Assembly (NCBI GenBank): GCA_964199315.1
Contig: OZ116708.1
Span: 7,254,001 to 7,318,000 of the forward strand
From: Orbicella franksi
Lineage: Eukaryota
Direction of reading: 5' to 3'
Length of the DNA: 64,000 bases
Below the pieces are notes generated by a model that was given only the letters and a program-made list of their open reading frames with translations, was not told where the DNA came from and made no database searches. Both the position numbers and the translations under genes were made by a program. Shown here piece after piece: positions 62,798 through 64,000 of this stretch. Positions within the stretch are counted from its first letter, which is position 1, and the number at the start of each line of letters is the position of its first letter.

Positions 62798-63290
62798 GTA
62801 AGTAGCAAGTAGATTAACTAAAGATCTTAGACCTAAACTTCAATAGTAAAAAAAAGGACAGAAACTTAAAAAAAAACATCTTTGTAAGACTTTCCGTGAG
62901 TTGTGATACCCTCCGTGCACACATAGATACAACCCATTAGCTTAAACTAATCAAACAGGTTGGTATTAAAGTTAAACTCGACTCATACGGCTGGCAGTCT
63001 GTTTTTCTCTCGAAATTCAGCAGGGGATATGAGGTAAGACACCTTAGCCTTGTCTGTGCTTCTTCTTTTGTTCTCTACTCTTCCCTACTCGGTCACGCTT
63101 AACACTCGTCTAAGTGAACTGTAAGGAGAAAAAAGAAAAAAAAAACCGCTGCCAGCAGGCTAAACTCAACTACCTTTTTGTTTTTTTTGGTAGGGTGGTT
63201 TTGCCTCCTTCCTTTGCCCGTACATGAGAAATTACGGTGATTTCTTCAGAATTCCATCAGTTCAACGATAATTGCCCATCTAACAACTAT

Positions 63291-64000
63291 ATTCCATGTT
63301 GCTGTGCGTCTGTTTTGTAATAGATCACAGTGCGGTCAAAGTGCGGCAAGTTCTTACCACATTTTGACGTCTTCTAAGATCCATTACTAAACAGACGCAC
63401 GGGAACACGGAATTTGTTTATATGATATAGAGACAAACTGCTACAGACACAGCTTTTTTTTATTCCAAAATCTTTCAACATAACTCAAAAGCCGGCCTTT
63501 GCCCACTTTGGAAAACACAGAAAAAGCCCTTCGACGTAATCTATTGTCTAAACAAAATCAAGCAATCTCATTGGTTGCTATGCGCAGCAAAGAATTTTGA
63601 TTGGTCCAGGAAAATCACGCCACTGTCAAACTTGACTCGAAAGTCGCTTCTCGTCGGAATGAAACTTACAGCGAAAGCTGAAGTGAACTACGAGATCTAT
63701 AAATCTTAAAGAAAATGCTGAAAAAGTCAAGTCAGTTTTTCAAATCAGAGTAGCGCTGTGAGCCGAAAAGCTTGGAAATTGCCTTGATAAATGCAGGAGT
63801 TGAAAAAATACGCTTGGAAAACTTGCGGTTGCGGTCAACACTGGACGCCATTGGATTCGAGTTTTGAACGAAAATAGTGTTAAGGGTGACAGTGGAAGTT
63901 TGTGTCCTCTGTGGTTGGGGATTCTCAAATCAGTTTGACATAGTGTAAGATAACCATATATCTGCGATACAGTTGGCCGTGAGCTGTAGAGCTATACTTT
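63291..64000. mobile_element. Non-autonomous element with terminal hairpin (63291-63413), intronic, runs to the window end
   Basis: attccatgttgctgtgcgtctgttt..gtaatagatc / gatccattactaaacagacgcac..aacacggaat; attgg boxes at ~63570 and ~63600. Confidence 0.55.

Overview
This is AT-rich, repeat-dense animal genomic DNA, most likely cnidarian (stony-coral-like; inferred from the SINE/MITE families, ShKT exons and GPCR type). There are four N gaps. From 4 to 21 kb lies a ~3.4-kb host unit in tandem copies. Copy 1 carries two full-length tyrosine-recombinase (YR) transposons inserted 337 bp apart. The first is an apparently intact, intron-containing Crypton (5054-7091). The second is a split-direct-repeat DIRS-order (PAT-like) retrotransposon (7429-12557) with gag, RT/RNaseH/methyltransferase and YR. 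Uninterrupted copies of the host unit in the same window give the exact empty sites. The best candidate for an undescribed system is in that retrotransposon: pol has no usable AUG, and gag ends in the readthrough context UGA-CUAG. Eight codons later a candidate 149-nt GT-AG intron would put Gag exactly in frame with Pol. Further along are two ShKT exons (one frameshifted), degraded TE remnants (C14orf93-like, Penelope RT, L1/Tx1, a second Crypton), and a GPCR pseudogene beside an intact single-exon class-A GPCR. The last 13 kb hold 16 phase-1 exons of a large TSP1-EGF-(CCP/HYR)n extracellular protein with a nonsense codon in one CCP exon; the gene runs off the window. All calls were made by eye; no alignment or database search was run.
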